Origin: the human T2T-CHM13v2.0 reference genome, Homo sapiens
Strand: one strand, 5' to 3'
Assembly (NCBI RefSeq): GCF_009914755.1
Contig: NC_060929.1
DNA: 64,000 bases
Positions 18,101 through 33,957 of this stretch are shown in pieces. Within the stretch, counting starts at the first letter, position 1. Each line of letters starts with the position of its first letter. A program made the translations under genes and the position numbers. Under the pieces are notes generated by a model. That model searched no databases and was not told the DNA's origin. It worked only from the letters and a program-made list of their open reading frames with translations.

Positions 18101-18329
18101 TCACCACAAAAATCCCTAGGAGGAAAGATCTCAATAAAGTAGATTCTTTCCATTCACTGTGCTTTTGGAACTGAAGCTAGAAAGGCTTATAACAAAAAAA
18201 AAAAAAAAAAAAGGAAAACAAACCAAAATTGTTTTTCTTGTAGTCCCTAAAAGTGGAAATCCTATTCTATTCTTCACTTAACAATCTTTTAGGCTCCATA
18301 AAGATGGAGCTCAGTCCCATATATTCTAC

Positions 18330-19340
18330 TAGTCACCAATTCCTATGAATCTGTCCAACTTTGCCTCTACTATTTCCCTGTTCCTCCTGGATCCCAGTGC
18401 CTTTCTTTGTTCAGGACATCACCACAGTCCTTTGGATAACCACACTATCTTTTCTCCTAACTGGTGTCATTAGTTCAGGTCTTATCCTACTCCAATTCAG
18501 TCTCCAGAATACCATGTTTTTCCCGTGATTTAAAATCTTTCTATAGCTACCCACAGCTGTCAGGATAAAGTACAGACTCCTTATCTGGGCAGACAAGGAG
18601 CTTTATGATCTGACCTTTGCCTTCATTTCTGGCATCCAATAGTTGTTATGGGGACCACAGGAAATAACGTCTATAACAGCTAAAACATGGTTTGACACAC
18701 AAAACTTAATTGATAATAATATTAATTATTATTTTTCCCACCAAATACATGGCCCTCAAGGCAATCCTATGCACCTCCATGCAGTTTCTGATCCATTCTC
18801 TTTCCGGCTCCATGTCAGTAAAGGGGCTGACCCTCTGCCTACACATCCTTCCTCACTATTTTCCTCTGGCTGGCTCTTAGTTACCCTTCAAAATTCAGCT
18901 CAATGATCATTTCTTTCAAGACAACTTCTGTGACCCTCACTCTGATTTAGATGACCTTCTCCAAACTCCCTGAGTATCTTTTCTATTTCACTGTCATAAC
19001 ACTCATCATTCTGTCAAGTACAGTTGATTTGCCATCCATCTTCCCCCACTGGACTTAGAGCACTTGAATGCAGGCACTACTTTTAATTCAACTTTGGAAC
19101 ATGAGTGTCTGACCAAGCCACATGGCCAGATGTGCTCCCCAGTGATGTGCGTGGCTATGATTAAAAGCATGGTTAGACAAGCCTGAAATCAAACCCTATG
19201 GCAATCAGGACAAGTTACTTCACTGATAGCTAATCTAGAAAATAGGGATCATCTCACAGGATTGCTGGGAGTAGCAAATAAGGTACTATATACAAAATGC
19301 TCAGCACAGTACTCAATAATCAATAGGTGTTATTATCATC
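18330..19340 (+). mobile_element. L2 fragments followed by a MIR (~19150-19340)
   Basis: aaaatctttctatagctacccacagctgtcaggataaagtacagactcc (L2) and ggacaagttacttcac...ctcacaggattgctgggag (MIR). Confidence 0.6.
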
Positions 19341-20584
19341 ATGAGTGCTAATATTAGATTTTTCAGTTACAATAGTGTTTTCCCAAAGAAAACTTATTTT
19401 TATGACCACACATCAGGATTCTTCTCATAGTAGATAATTAAAGATAATTCAGGGTTTAGGCTTATTTTAACACCAATTTGGTCAAAGATCTGATATGATA
19501 TGCCAAATCCCAATGGTGGCTAATGACACAGAGGCAGTCCATTTGGTTTGCAATAATAACAACAATTAAAAGCTCGTAGTATGACATATAGTGGGACAAT
19601 CGTTGGATTATTTTCTTCCCCTAAAGGTGAAGAAAACCCCTAAAAACACACTTTCAAGAATTACTGGTCTATTCTAACAGTTAAATCGACTCTTTTTGAA
19701 TATAAATTTCTATGTAGACCTAGACAAAAGCATAACAGAGCAGAAGTGTCCGTAATCCCTGTACATCCTCAAATCACACTGCTGTAACTGCTGACAAAGA
19801 CAAATGTTTACTATGGTCTAGCGCGGAGAAGCCAATACGGTGAGCAAAATGCTATCTCGCCTCACACATCAACACACGTGCCAGACAGATTCTGACTGCA
19901 AAGTCTGTTATTGGTGATGAGAGAGGCAGAGAGGGCACAGCTGGATATTTCAGATCCACAGCTGAGCTGGCAGCAGTGGGAGTTCAAGCCATCTTCTCAC
20001 TTTAAAAGCTGGAATGAATCTGTGAGAGTTATTTAAAGGTGTGCTTTATTAAAGAGGCACTTTCTGACTACTGTCAAACTTCACGAGCAAAAGCTGAACA
20101 CACAGATAAAGGCAGATCTATGTGGGGTCACCTATCAGATGTCAGCTGATCTCTTTCAGCACCCACAAATCACTTATTGAAAATTAAATACCAAAAAAAA
20201 TTTTCCTTCAAGATTAAATGTAGCATGTGGACTTAATTTATATTACTAATCCTTTTAGTATTTGCTTTATATTATTCCCTGAAATTAGTACAGGCACAAA
20301 TGCCTTAAATTATGTTTCTTGAATTTATAGCCCAAATTACATAGATTATACAAGTACCATATACAGATTCATGAAGATATTAGAGAGGCTCCATGGGCCT
20401 TATACATTTAACTAGAGCTTTACTAGAATAAAGTCTCAGTAGCATCGACTTTTTTTTTTTTTTTTGTCAAACAAAGCACTCACTCTATCAAAGGAGTTCT
20501 TAAACTACCAGGAAAATAAGATTCTTGAACATCCCAAGTGTTTCTTAAAAAGGGATGTCCTCATTTTCCTTTTGTACAAAACAG

Positions 20585-20975
20585 GGTTCAGATTGCAAAT
20601 AACAGAAAAGCAATTCATTGGAAGGATACTGATAATTCACAGAATTGATGAGAAGGCTAAAGAACAGCAAGAACTAAGGCAGCCCAAGGTAACACTATTA
20701 TAAGTTTAGGAGTTGCCACTTATGCTAACTGCTTGCCACCCTGCACCAAACTCCACTGCAGCCACGAGAATGACATCAGAAGGCTCCAACCCCGGGCATT
20801 GTGCCACTGAGCTGGAGAATCTAACCAGCCAAACCTTGCTGGCTCTCATGCTGGGGCCCTGGCTACCAGGTTGTTGAGGAAAAAATTGCTGCCCCCTACC
20901 ATCAGCAATGGAAGGAGGGAACCCTGTCTCCAAGTTCTTGTGGGATTTTCTCCTAAGCAGGGCAGCCAAAACCAG
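20585..20975. mobile_element. Possible old ERVL/MaLR-type LTR fragment
   Basis: ttcagattgcaaataacagaaa...cattggaaggatactgataattcacagaa resembles LTR33/MLT-type ends. Confidence 0.35.
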
Positions 20976-23697
20976 TATCAACTATACATTTGGTCCACTG
21001 GCCCAACAGACAGCAGAACTTATCTAGTACTACAATTGAAGGACATAAAACAGAACATATTTATTCATCTTCCAATTCCACAGACTGATTCTGACTGAAT
21101 GTGCCAGAGTCTTGGGAATGGCTAAGAGTCAGTCTGAACCAAGGCAGGTGACAGGATGAGGGCTGGTAGAAACCCTGGAGTGAATTTTCCTGAGCAAACA
21201 TGTTTTGCCCTCTTAGTGTCCCACTTGTTATTTAATACTCAGCTCTCCTATTCTACATGTATTCCCTTCTCCCTTTCTATTTTCCTACTGATACATTATT
21301 ACATGTAAGAAGATGAGGCTGGCTGTGAATGTAGAGGAAGCAAATGCCTGGCAGTTCTTATGTTCATACTTGCATATTTTTGCTTTCCTTTCACCTTCAA
21401 TGTCTTATGGGGAGAAAATGGGACAGGACATACTTGAAGCCATGTGTAGCACCTAGCTTTTGTTAAACACAAAAACTCCATGGGACAGTCTGGGCTATTG
21501 TTTGTCACTAGCAGTGTAGATAGACAGAAACTCCTTAAGGATGTGTGACTAGCCATTCTTTTCTTTCTTTCTTTTTTAAATAAAAACATTCTGGTTTTTG
21601 ACATGTTTGTCTAAGTAAGGTACAATCCCTCAAGTCTCCCTTTTCCAATTTGCATATCACACCATAATTGTGAAGCAACTGTTACAACAAGAATAAAAAA
21701 AACTACTCATCTGGAACATGCAACAAAAAATGGAGCAATCATATTTATGGTTAGCAATAAATAAATAAAGGTCCTTGGCTAACAAACTCAGCTTTCCCAA
21801 AAGGAAAAAAACCTGAAGGCTCACAGTAAACTATCATGTTAAGAAAAAGCAGTGGGGGAATGGGAGTGGGAGGGAAAGGATTAGGTAAAGGCATGTATTT
21901 TATAGAAAAGCACATTAGGCCTCATTTGCTTGGTGAATCTGTGGAAATAATTTATGATATTCTATACAAGGAATTATGACTCCATCCTGAACAGACTGCT
22001 TATCTCCCCATGGCTCTTCACAAGCAAGAAAGGGCATGCTCATGACTCTTTGACTTTAGTGTTAACATTGATTTTATAATTACAATAATATTGGATACCA
22101 AGGTCCTCAAGGGAATTAGACATGGACAAATTAGAGACAGTATTTGCCAGAGATAAAATATTCATCACCAACAGAGTATATAAAATGTATCTGAGAGGAT
22201 CAGGGCTCACTTGGGACCCACACAAGAGGAATAAGACATCACCAGAAAAATGCAAGAATTCTCTGATATGTAAAAATCTGAAACAAAGAATGTCAGTCTT
22301 AACAAATTCTGCACATATTAAAATAAGACCTCATTGTCACATAATCTGGGGGCATTCCAGTAGGGCAGAGAATAAAAAATTGACCTGAAATTTTCTTAGA
22401 GGGCTTCCAAAGCAAATACATAACAAGGCCCACAGCTCTCTTTTTAATCCTATTAATTTTAAATTTCTTACAAATCACAAACTTCTCTTTGCCTAAGGTT
22501 TACGTCTCAAGCTAACCATTTTTTTTGTGCAATCTTTAGGGTTTTCTACATACAGGTTCATGTCACTGGCAAAGTCAACGTGCAAAAATCAGTTGCATGT
22601 CTGTACACTAATAATTAACAACCTGAAAAGGAAATTATGAAAATAATTCCATTTATAATAGCACGTAAAAGAATAAGACACTTAAGAACTAACTTAACCA
22701 AGGAGGTGAAAAGCTTGTACAATAAAAGCCACAAAACATTGCTGAAAGAAATTAAAGAAGATACAAATAAATGGAAACACATCCCATGTTCATGGACAAA
22801 AGACAATAATGTTAATCTGTCAACACTACCCAAATGGATTCAATGCAATCCTATCAAAATCTAAATAATTTTTTTATGGAAATAAAAAAGCCCATCCTAA
22901 AATTCATATAGAATCACAAATGACAAAACAATCTTGAAAACAAAGAACAAAGCTGGAGCTCCAGACTTACACATACAGATTTCAAAACAAACGTCCGGTA
23001 ATCAAAAGAACATGTTATTAGCATAAACACAGACATATAGACCAATGAAATAGAATAGAGATCCCCAAAATAAACCTTTGCATATGTGGTCAAATGATTT
23101 TGGGCAAGGGTGAAAAGATCATTCAGTGGGAAAGAACAGTCTTTTCAACAGATGGTGCTAGGAAAACTGGATATGCACACACAAAAGAATAAAGTTGTAC
23201 CCTTACCTAATGCCATATACAAAAGTTAACTCCAAATGAATAAAAGCTTTAAATGTAAGACCTAAAAGTATAAAAAACATAGAAACATAGAAAGTTTTTT
23301 CTTAGAAAAAAACACAGGGAAAATGCTTCATGACATTGAATTTGGCAATAATTTGTTGGACATGATACCACAGACACAGATGAAAAAAGAAACAATAGGC
23401 AAATTGAACTTTATCAAAACTAAAACATTTGGTACAACAAAAGAAAATGTCAATAGTGTAAAAAGTTAGTCCATAGAATGGGAAAAAATATTTTTAAATC
23501 ATATCTCTAATAAGAGATCAATGTCTGGAATATGTAGACAACTCCTAAAACTGAACAATAAAAAAACTGTTCAAAAATGGACAAAGAATTTGAAAAGACA
23601 TTCCTCCAAAGAAGATATACAAAAGGCTAATTAAGTACATGAAAAGATGCTCAATATCACTAATCATCAGGAAAATACAAATCAAAACTACAGTGAG

Positions 23698-23992
23698 GGC
23701 TAGGTGTGGTGGCTCACGCCTGTAATTCCAGCACTTTGGGAGTCAAGGCAGGTGGATCACTTGAGGTCAGGAGTTCGAGACCAGCCTGGCCAACACGGTG
23801 AAACCCCGTTTCTACTAAAGATACAAAAAAATTAGCCAGGTGTGGTGGTATACACCTGTAATCTCAGCTACTCAGGAGGCTGAGGCAGAAGAATTGCTTG
23901 AACCCAGGAGGTGGAGGTTGCAGTGAGCCAAGATCACCCCACTGCACTCCAGCCTAGGTGATAGAATGAGACGTTGTCTCAAAAAAAAAAAA
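23698..23992 (+). mobile_element. AluSx/Sz-like inserted in the L1MB
   Basis: Full dimer with TSD aaaa(c/t)tacagtgag. Confidence 0.95.
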
Positions 23993-24025
23993 AAAATTAC
24001 AGTGAGATATCATTAGGATGGCCAC

Positions 24026-24368
24026 TGTCTTAGACTGTTCCTGTTGCTCCAACAAAATACGTAATTTACAAAGAACAGAAGTTCATTTTCTCACAGTTCT
24101 GGAGGCTGGAAAGTCCAGGATCAAAGCACTGGCATTTTGTGTCTGGTGAGGGCCTTCTGCTACATCTTCACATGGCAGAAGACAGAAGGATGAAAAGGGC
24201 CTAGCTAGTTTCCTGGAAGCATTGGATAAAGGTATTAATCCCATTCATAAGGCCATAGCCCCCAGACTTAATAACCTCCTGAAGGCCTCACCTTTTAATA
24301 CCATCACATTGGGTCTTAGGTTCCATCATATGAATTTTGGGGAGGACATGCACATTCAAACCATAACA
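24026..24368 (-). mobile_element. MaLR solo LTR (MLT1A0/MST-like) inserted in the L1MB
   Basis: TG...CA ends, ctcacagttctggaggctggaaagtcc, and a 5-bp TSD gccac/gctac. Confidence 0.88.
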
Positions 24369-25099
24369 GCTACTATCAGAATAATGGAAAATAACAAGTG
24401 TTGGCAAGGATATGGAGAGATTAGAACCCTTGTACACTGTTGGGAAGAATGTAAAATGATATAGCCACTGTGAAAAACAATATGGCAGTACCTCAAAAAA
24501 TTAAAAATAGAATTATCATCTGATCCAATAATGCCATGTCTGGATATATACTCAAAAGAACTGAAAGCAGGATCTGGAAGAGTTGTTTGTACACTCATGT
24601 TCATAGCAACATCACTCATAACAGCTAAAGCATAGAAGTACCCCATATGTCCATCAACAAATGAATGGATAAGCAAAATGTGATATATACATATAATCGA
24701 TTACTATTTAGCTATAAAAAGGAAGGAAGTTGTGACATATGTTACAGCATGTTTCAACCCTGAGGACATAAGACTAAGTTAAATAAGCCAGCCAGCCGTA
24801 AAAAAGACAAACACAGTTTGACTCTACTTATATAAGATAGAATTAGTCAAAGTCATAAAGACCAAATGTAGAATGGTAGTTACCAGGAAATAAGGAGGGG
24901 GATACAGGCAGTTATTGTTCAATGGGTATAGAATTTCAGTGTTACAAGATGAATAAGAGTTATGAAGATGTATGCTGGTGATGGTGGGGATATAACATTA
25001 TAAATGCATTTAATACCACTGAGCTGCATACTTAAAAATAGTTAAGATGGTGAATTTTATATGTATTTTACAAAAATAAAAAAAATTTTGAAAAAAAAT

Positions 25100-26045
25100 C
25101 CCACAATTTATAACTCATCCCAAACCTATTCCTCCTGAAACTTTCCTCCTTAGTTAACAACAGCTCCATTTTTTCAGTTGCTCAGGCCAAAAACTCTAGA
25201 ATAATCCTTGGCACCCCTTTTTCTCTCAAACCACACATCCAATCAATCAGAAAATTCTGTCAGCAATAGCTTCAATATATATACAGACTCCAACTACTTC
25301 TCACCACCTCTACCCTTACCACCCCAATCTCTTGCTTTGATTATTCCAAAAGCCTCACACTGGCTCCCTGCTTTCACTCAAACCTCCGTATAGTCTATTT
25401 ACAGCACAGTAGCCAGAGTGATCCTGTTAACATATGTCAGATCAAGTCTCTTTTCCACTCAAAATACTCCAAAGGCTCCCATCTCACTCAGGCTAAAAAT
25501 TAAAGCCCTTATAGCAGACTAAAAGGTCCTATAAAATCTGCCTCCTTCCTCCTTCCTCCCCCACTCCTAATTATTTCTATGACAACATCTACTACTATTT
25601 CTTCACTCAGTCAGTTACTCCAAGCAACCTGGCCTTCTTGCAGTTCCTGGCCCACGCTTGGTAACATCCAACTTCAGGACCTTTGCACTTGCCATTCCCT
25701 CTGCTTAGAAATCTCTTGCCCTAGATATACATATGGTTCATAGTCACTCCTTTATGTTGTTTGGGTCTTTGCTCACATATCACCTTTCAGTAAGACCTGC
25801 CCTGATTACTCTTAAAAACTGCACATGTACCCTAAAACTTAAAGTATAAGTAAAAAAAAAAAAAAGCCAAAAAAATTGCAACCTTTCCCACCACAACATG
25901 TTCTAACTACCTTACATGTTTTCCCACAGAACTTACTGTCTTCTTACTTACTCAGTAATTTACTATTTATTTGTTTATTGCCAGTCTCCCCTCTCTAGAA
26001 CATAAGTCCCATGACGGCAAGATTTTTTACAATTGTTTTACTGAA
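25100..26045 (+). mobile_element. L2a 3' fragment
   Basis: cagttgctcaggccaaaaactctag, cacagtagccagagtgatcctgttaa, ggacctttgcacttgcc. Confidence 0.82.
25820..25870 (+). mobile_element. Extremely 5'-truncated L1PA insertion (~30 nt plus poly(A))
   Basis: tgcacatgtaccctaaaacttaaagtataa is identical to the 3' termini of elements A and B. TSD aaaaa(c/t)tgca at 25814-25823 and 25871-25880. Confidence 0.85.
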
Positions 26046-26941
26046 TTATTTCCTAACCTTTTATCATTGGACAGAGGTTGATGGAATTCTATATTCTAGC
26101 CGCATTTTTCTTGAATGGAAGGAACATGCATCCTTTTAAATCACATCCTATTAAATTTGGCAAATCTTATACTTTTATGTGACTCCTCCTGTGTTTTGTC
26201 TTCCTCTAGAATTATAACACTAAGGTCATGCTAATGACAAAGAGTTGGGGTGGGGGGCGGGTCTAGACAGAGTTTTAAAGTTTTCTAATCTTTACAAGAA
26301 GACACAAGAGGAGAAACCAGTCAGTCTGTTGAGAGAAAAAACAGAAAACGTAAGTGTCATGAAAGTAAGAAAACTTAAGTGTTTCAAGAGGGAGGAGGTA
26401 AGCAACTAAGATGAATGCTTCTGAGTAGTTAGATCAGAACACACAGATAACCATTGTATCTGGAAATATGGAGGATATTGGTGATCTTCACAAGCACCAT
26501 CTTACTGGGGTGGTGAAGACAGAAATCAAGAGTATGTATGTAGGTCCAGTGACACTTTTCATTTGACATGTTTCACGTAGGACATTCCTTCCATTCCCAT
26601 GGCTTCTACTATTTTGATGGCTTCTGAATCCCATATCTGCTTCAACGTCCTGCTCTGGAGAGCCAAACTAGAGTTTTTAAACTTCCTGTTAAACATCTCT
26701 ATCTAGATCTCCCTTAAGTACTCTCAAACTAATAAAAATCCAATTTCAGTATCAATCCTACCACCCACAAAAGAAACTTGTTCCTTCTTTCTATATTTCC
26801 TATTTCAGTAAATTGCAGCATCATCCAATCCATCATCCAAAGCTTATCCTCAATCCTGTGTCTCTCACAATGTCCAAAATTGATACAAGTCTCTTACTTG
26901 TATTGATTTCACCTCTTAAATATTTCTGTAATACTCTAATC

Positions 26942-27276
26942 CAGGGGTCCTCAACCCCCAGGCAGTGAACCGGTACTGGTCCATGGCCTGTTCGGAACCA
27001 GGCCTCACAGCAGGAGGTAAGCAGCAGGTGAGCAAGGGAGCATTGTGGCTTGAGCTCTGCTTCCTATCAGATCAGCTACAGCATTAGATTCTCATAGAAG
27101 CGGGAACCCTACTGTGAACTGCACATGTGAAGGATCTAGGTTGCTTATGAGAATCTAATGCCTGATGATGTGAGGTGGAACAGCATCACCCTGAATCCAT
27201 CCCCTCCACCCCAGTCGATAGAAAAACTGTCTTCCACAAAACTGGTCCCTGGCATCAAAAAGCTTGGGGACCTGTG
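26942..27276 (+). mobile_element. MER1B (hAT-Charlie)
   Basis: caggggtcctcaacc...ttggggacctgtg with a perfect 8-bp TSD ctctaatc. Confidence 0.92.
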
Positions 27277-29169
27277 CTCTAATCTATTCCTATTGTTTTA
27301 CAATAAAGCCTTCATTTTTTTTTTTTTTTTTGCCAGAACTGTAACTACTTCGACTTATGTACTCTGCCTAGCACATCATAGGTGCTCAATAAATATTTGT
27401 TGATTTCCTGAAATAGCTCACATGGCTCTGTTATAAATTGCTCAGATCTAGGTTTATAAAATTAATGCTTTCCCTTAAAAAGCTTGGTTGAATTTTTTTA
27501 AAAAACTGAATAATTGGGGGCTAGGATGATATTAAATAATTGGAGGCATGGATGATATTAAATACAGTTATTTAATAACTGTAAATAAAAACATACAAGT
27601 TCTGTTGGATGTGGGTGTCCCCTGGGAGACCATGGCAGTGAACACTAAAATCCTAATCGCCATGCATTGGAATTATTCCGACTATTACTTTCTTTAGTTC
27701 CTTCTTATCCACCCAGTCTTCTTTGAAAACATGTTTCCCCTTCATAATTTAGCTCTATATTGTCTAAAAGCTATAACTTCAATCAAAGAACTTAAGCATT
27801 TTTAAAGCCAACAAAATACATGACATCAATTATTATCAGAGGCATGGACCCACTGCGATGTTCATTTTGAACAAGACGAGATAAGTCATTCCTGGAAGAA
27901 CATAGGCAAGGATAAAAGATGATTCAAGCCTAATATGCAAGGCTCCTCACCTCTCCATCATTTTTATGAGACCCACAACATAGTCTTAACCCCAATAACC
28001 TCCATACGGCCTCACCAAGAAAGGATAGAAAAGACCTCAGAAGTATTTTGGCCCTAAAACATTTTTGAATCAAGCTAGAGAAAGTTATGAAACTCAGTTG
28101 TCACACTTGACTTGCATCCAGAAACACAATTCAAATGAAGCATGTAGTCTAAATGGCTGATAGTTTTCAGCTGGCTGTACTTTCCAGCCACCTAATATGA
28201 AAAATCTAATCTCACCCTAATAAAAATCTTAGACCTGGCAAAAAAAGAAACATATAGCTTTGTGGTAACGTGAGGAGAGGAGGGAGGTAACAGAAATGGT
28301 AGAATGACCTCACAGGGTTTTGACTTTTAAACACTAATATTTATAGATTAAAAACTGTCTGAAAGGTTAAGCTTGGAAAGAATCTACTTCAGATACCTGA
28401 TACAGCACAGGCACAAAATGAACCATGTTTGATCTAACTTGTACCAAGGGAGAATTTTACCTTTAGCTTTACCAACTTCCCAAGAGGACTTCTAGTCACG
28501 CTCCTTCAAATCCCAAAGGCCTGCGTAGTGAGGTATGCCACAAAGAGTAGGGTGTCTCAGTCCTCCTCTACTAGTAGATGGAAGTCACAAGGAGATATCT
28601 CGAGACATTCAGGATGTTTATTTACTCAGAAAGTAAATCTACCTTCCTTTTGTCCAACAGGCAATATCATTCTTATTTCTCAAGGCCCAAGGTCCATAAC
28701 TACTTCTCCCCACTTAAGGCTTACACTACATTCTGTACTCTCAAAATACTTAGTTAATGTTGCTAATGTACTATGTACTTCACTATGTACAAGCCAAATT
28801 AAGCCACCTGTGGTCAATATATACCTGGGCAGCAAGGCTCAAGATAGATCCTATATTCAGACATCATCAATGAAAATACAGAAAAAAATCAACCCAGACT
28901 TTACTGTATTTATCCTTTATTCATTAAGAAACATGCAAAAAGCTCAGGAGAATTTTAAGAGGTTACAAAACATGGTGATGGTTTAAATAGCTACTACAAC
29001 AACTGAAGGCCCCACAGTCATTTCACAAACTAGAGAAGGAAATAATTTGCTCCTTCCACTAATCTGACAGTTGGCCCAACCTCTGATTTCAGGAGACCTT
29101 TTTTCTTTTATCTCTAGTCCACTTATAAGCACATATGAGGACACACACTTAATTTTTCTCTATTTTTTC

Positions 29170-29720
29170 TCATGTCTAAAGTAATACCTGTAATGAATAA
29201 GTTGATCAATCAGAAATGTGTAAAGGAAAAAAGAAATGTCCCTTCATATTCAACCCTCCTAGAGATGATCAGTGCTCAATCCTTCAACTTTTCTATGCAT
29301 ATACTAATATATATATACATCTTTCTCTTTTCTTTTAGTACAAAAATGGAATCATAGTATGCATACAGTTATACAACTAGCTCATTATTTTTCTGACAAC
29401 TATGTATTAGTCCCATTTTAGGATGAGAAAACAGACCCAAAGAATAGGTGATTTGGCAAAGGTGACTCAGCTAATAAGTGATGGAGTGGGAATCAAGCCC
29501 AGAAATCTGGCTGCAGAGTTTCAGTGCTCCCCTTCCAAATAGCAGAAAAGCTGTAGCCCATCTTCTCCTGTGTGCTACCAAGCAAACCTGTGAATATGCT
29601 AGGACATATTCATCAAAGCAGAAAAGGATTCTACCTGACTCTTTTTAATGTCAGCATAGAATTCTATTGTATGGCTACCCCAAAATTTATCAGTCTCCAT
29701 TTGGTGGCTAAATACATGGT
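29170..29720 (-). mobile_element. L1ME 3' fragment interrupted by a MIR (~29405-29530)
   Basis: aaaatggaatcatagtatgcatacagtt and gcatagaattctattgtatgg. MIR part cccattttaggatgagaaaacagac. Confidence 0.6.
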
Positions 29721-29929
29721 TAATTTTAAACTATATAGAATTTAGATTTTTAGAGCTAGAAAATACCTTAAAGAGTATGTTTTATGACATCAAAAGTTCT
29801 CAACATAGATGAACTTACTAAAGCCCCAAATCTTGAAGCACATTCATCAAAAAGATCAAAGGATTGCTTGGTAGCAGACAGGAGAAGGTAGGCTGCAGCT
29901 TTTTCCACTATTTAGAAGTTGAACACTCA

Positions 29930-30180
29930 AATTTGAGAGCCAGATTTCTGAGTTTGATTCCCACTCCAACACTTACTCAGCCACATTTGCCAAATCACCT
30001 AAAAAACTGGGCCACCTTTGCCAAATGACCTAAGTTACATATACGGTCCTGTTTTCTCATCCCAATAATGGGACTAATATACAGTTGTGGTCAGGACTAA
30101 ATTAGTTATAATGTAAAATACTTAGAGTATTGACTTACAAATAAAGCAGTAAGTGGTAATAACAATAATTATTATTTATG
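29930..30180 (+). mobile_element. MIR
   Basis: gagccagatttctgagtttgattcccactcc...cctgttttctcatcccaataatggg. Confidence 0.7.
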
Positions 30181-31220
30181 CCATACTAGTTCAAGCTTAC
30201 CTTAAAAAATTATTAAAATTTCTGTTCTCGGTGTGGGTAGAACAGAAAACACAAACTTTTGGTTGTTATTTGAGATTTTGGCATTTACACATTCAGTGCT
30301 CTTTCTTCATTATTCTTTAATTATTAAAATATAAAACTGTGATTAAACAGCTGCAGTGGGATATATTGAATTATAAAGTATTTGAGTATATTAAACTGAA
30401 ATAGAATTCTAAATAGAAATGTGAACATACAGTTATGCCAGAATTGTTTGTTACCTATAGAAGCCTCCTTCAAATGAGAAATGGAAGAAAACAAGAAAAT
30501 AAAAATCATCAGTGCCACTGCATTTTCATTCATATGAGTTTCACAATAAAGGATGAAAACTTTAAACTCTGAAGAATATACTAGTCAATATATATTGATT
30601 CTTCAATAGTAAAAACACCTGGGATATTTTTGGGAAACAGATAAGTTCATTTCAGTTCTTCACAACACATAGATTTGTACTTCCTTTCATATTGGTGGTA
30701 TTTGTTTTCAGTTTGTTTTTTTTTTATTTTTTTACTTGAACAGACTAGACTGAAGTGTAGTAGCAGAGTCCAAATTGTTTGAACATCTTTCAGCAGCAAG
30801 AACACAATGTTATCTGGCAATTCATTGTAAAAAAGCAGCATGAACTTGTCTGGGTGCTCTCCAGGTAATGAGAAATATCTCATGAATGCCAGGGAAAGAA
30901 CTTTAAATGACTGCTCTTTTAACACACCTTTCAGGCAAATGTCTTAAGGCCACTGTCACAGAAAAGCACCTGATTGGGAGGGGGATGCCCCTACTTCATG
31001 ATCACACTAGCTTGGAAGATAATTAAAACTAATCCTTTTACCTGCCTACATTTCTTACAAGCACTCTGTTCAGTACAGTACATAAAAAAGATCTCCATGT
31101 TTTGCACCAAGATTCAATCAGTACTTCCACATTTTGGGGGGAAATGCAAGTCCAAACAACAGCTCATTCACTTATTTAAAACATTCAGCTATTTTAAAAG
31201 GCTTAGAAAACAGAGCATAA

Positions 31221-33957
<2,737 letters not shown>

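Larger units (their letters stand above)
22511..25090 (+). mobile_element. L1MB-like element (ORF2 3' half plus 3'UTR) with a short 5' inversion and nested insertions
   Basis: ORF remnant [19 protein letters not shown]. 3'UTR ttcaatgggtatagaatttcagt...acttaaaaatagttaagatggtgaatttt. Confidence 0.9.

Noticed and set aside
27600-27720. Possible snRNA or other ncRNA pseudogene
   Set aside because: No match to the U-snRNA sequences I know, and no poly(A) or TSD.
28528-28986. 152-aa ORF in unique sequence
   Set aside because: GTG start, no recognisable domain or codon bias; such ORFs arise by chance in 64 kb.
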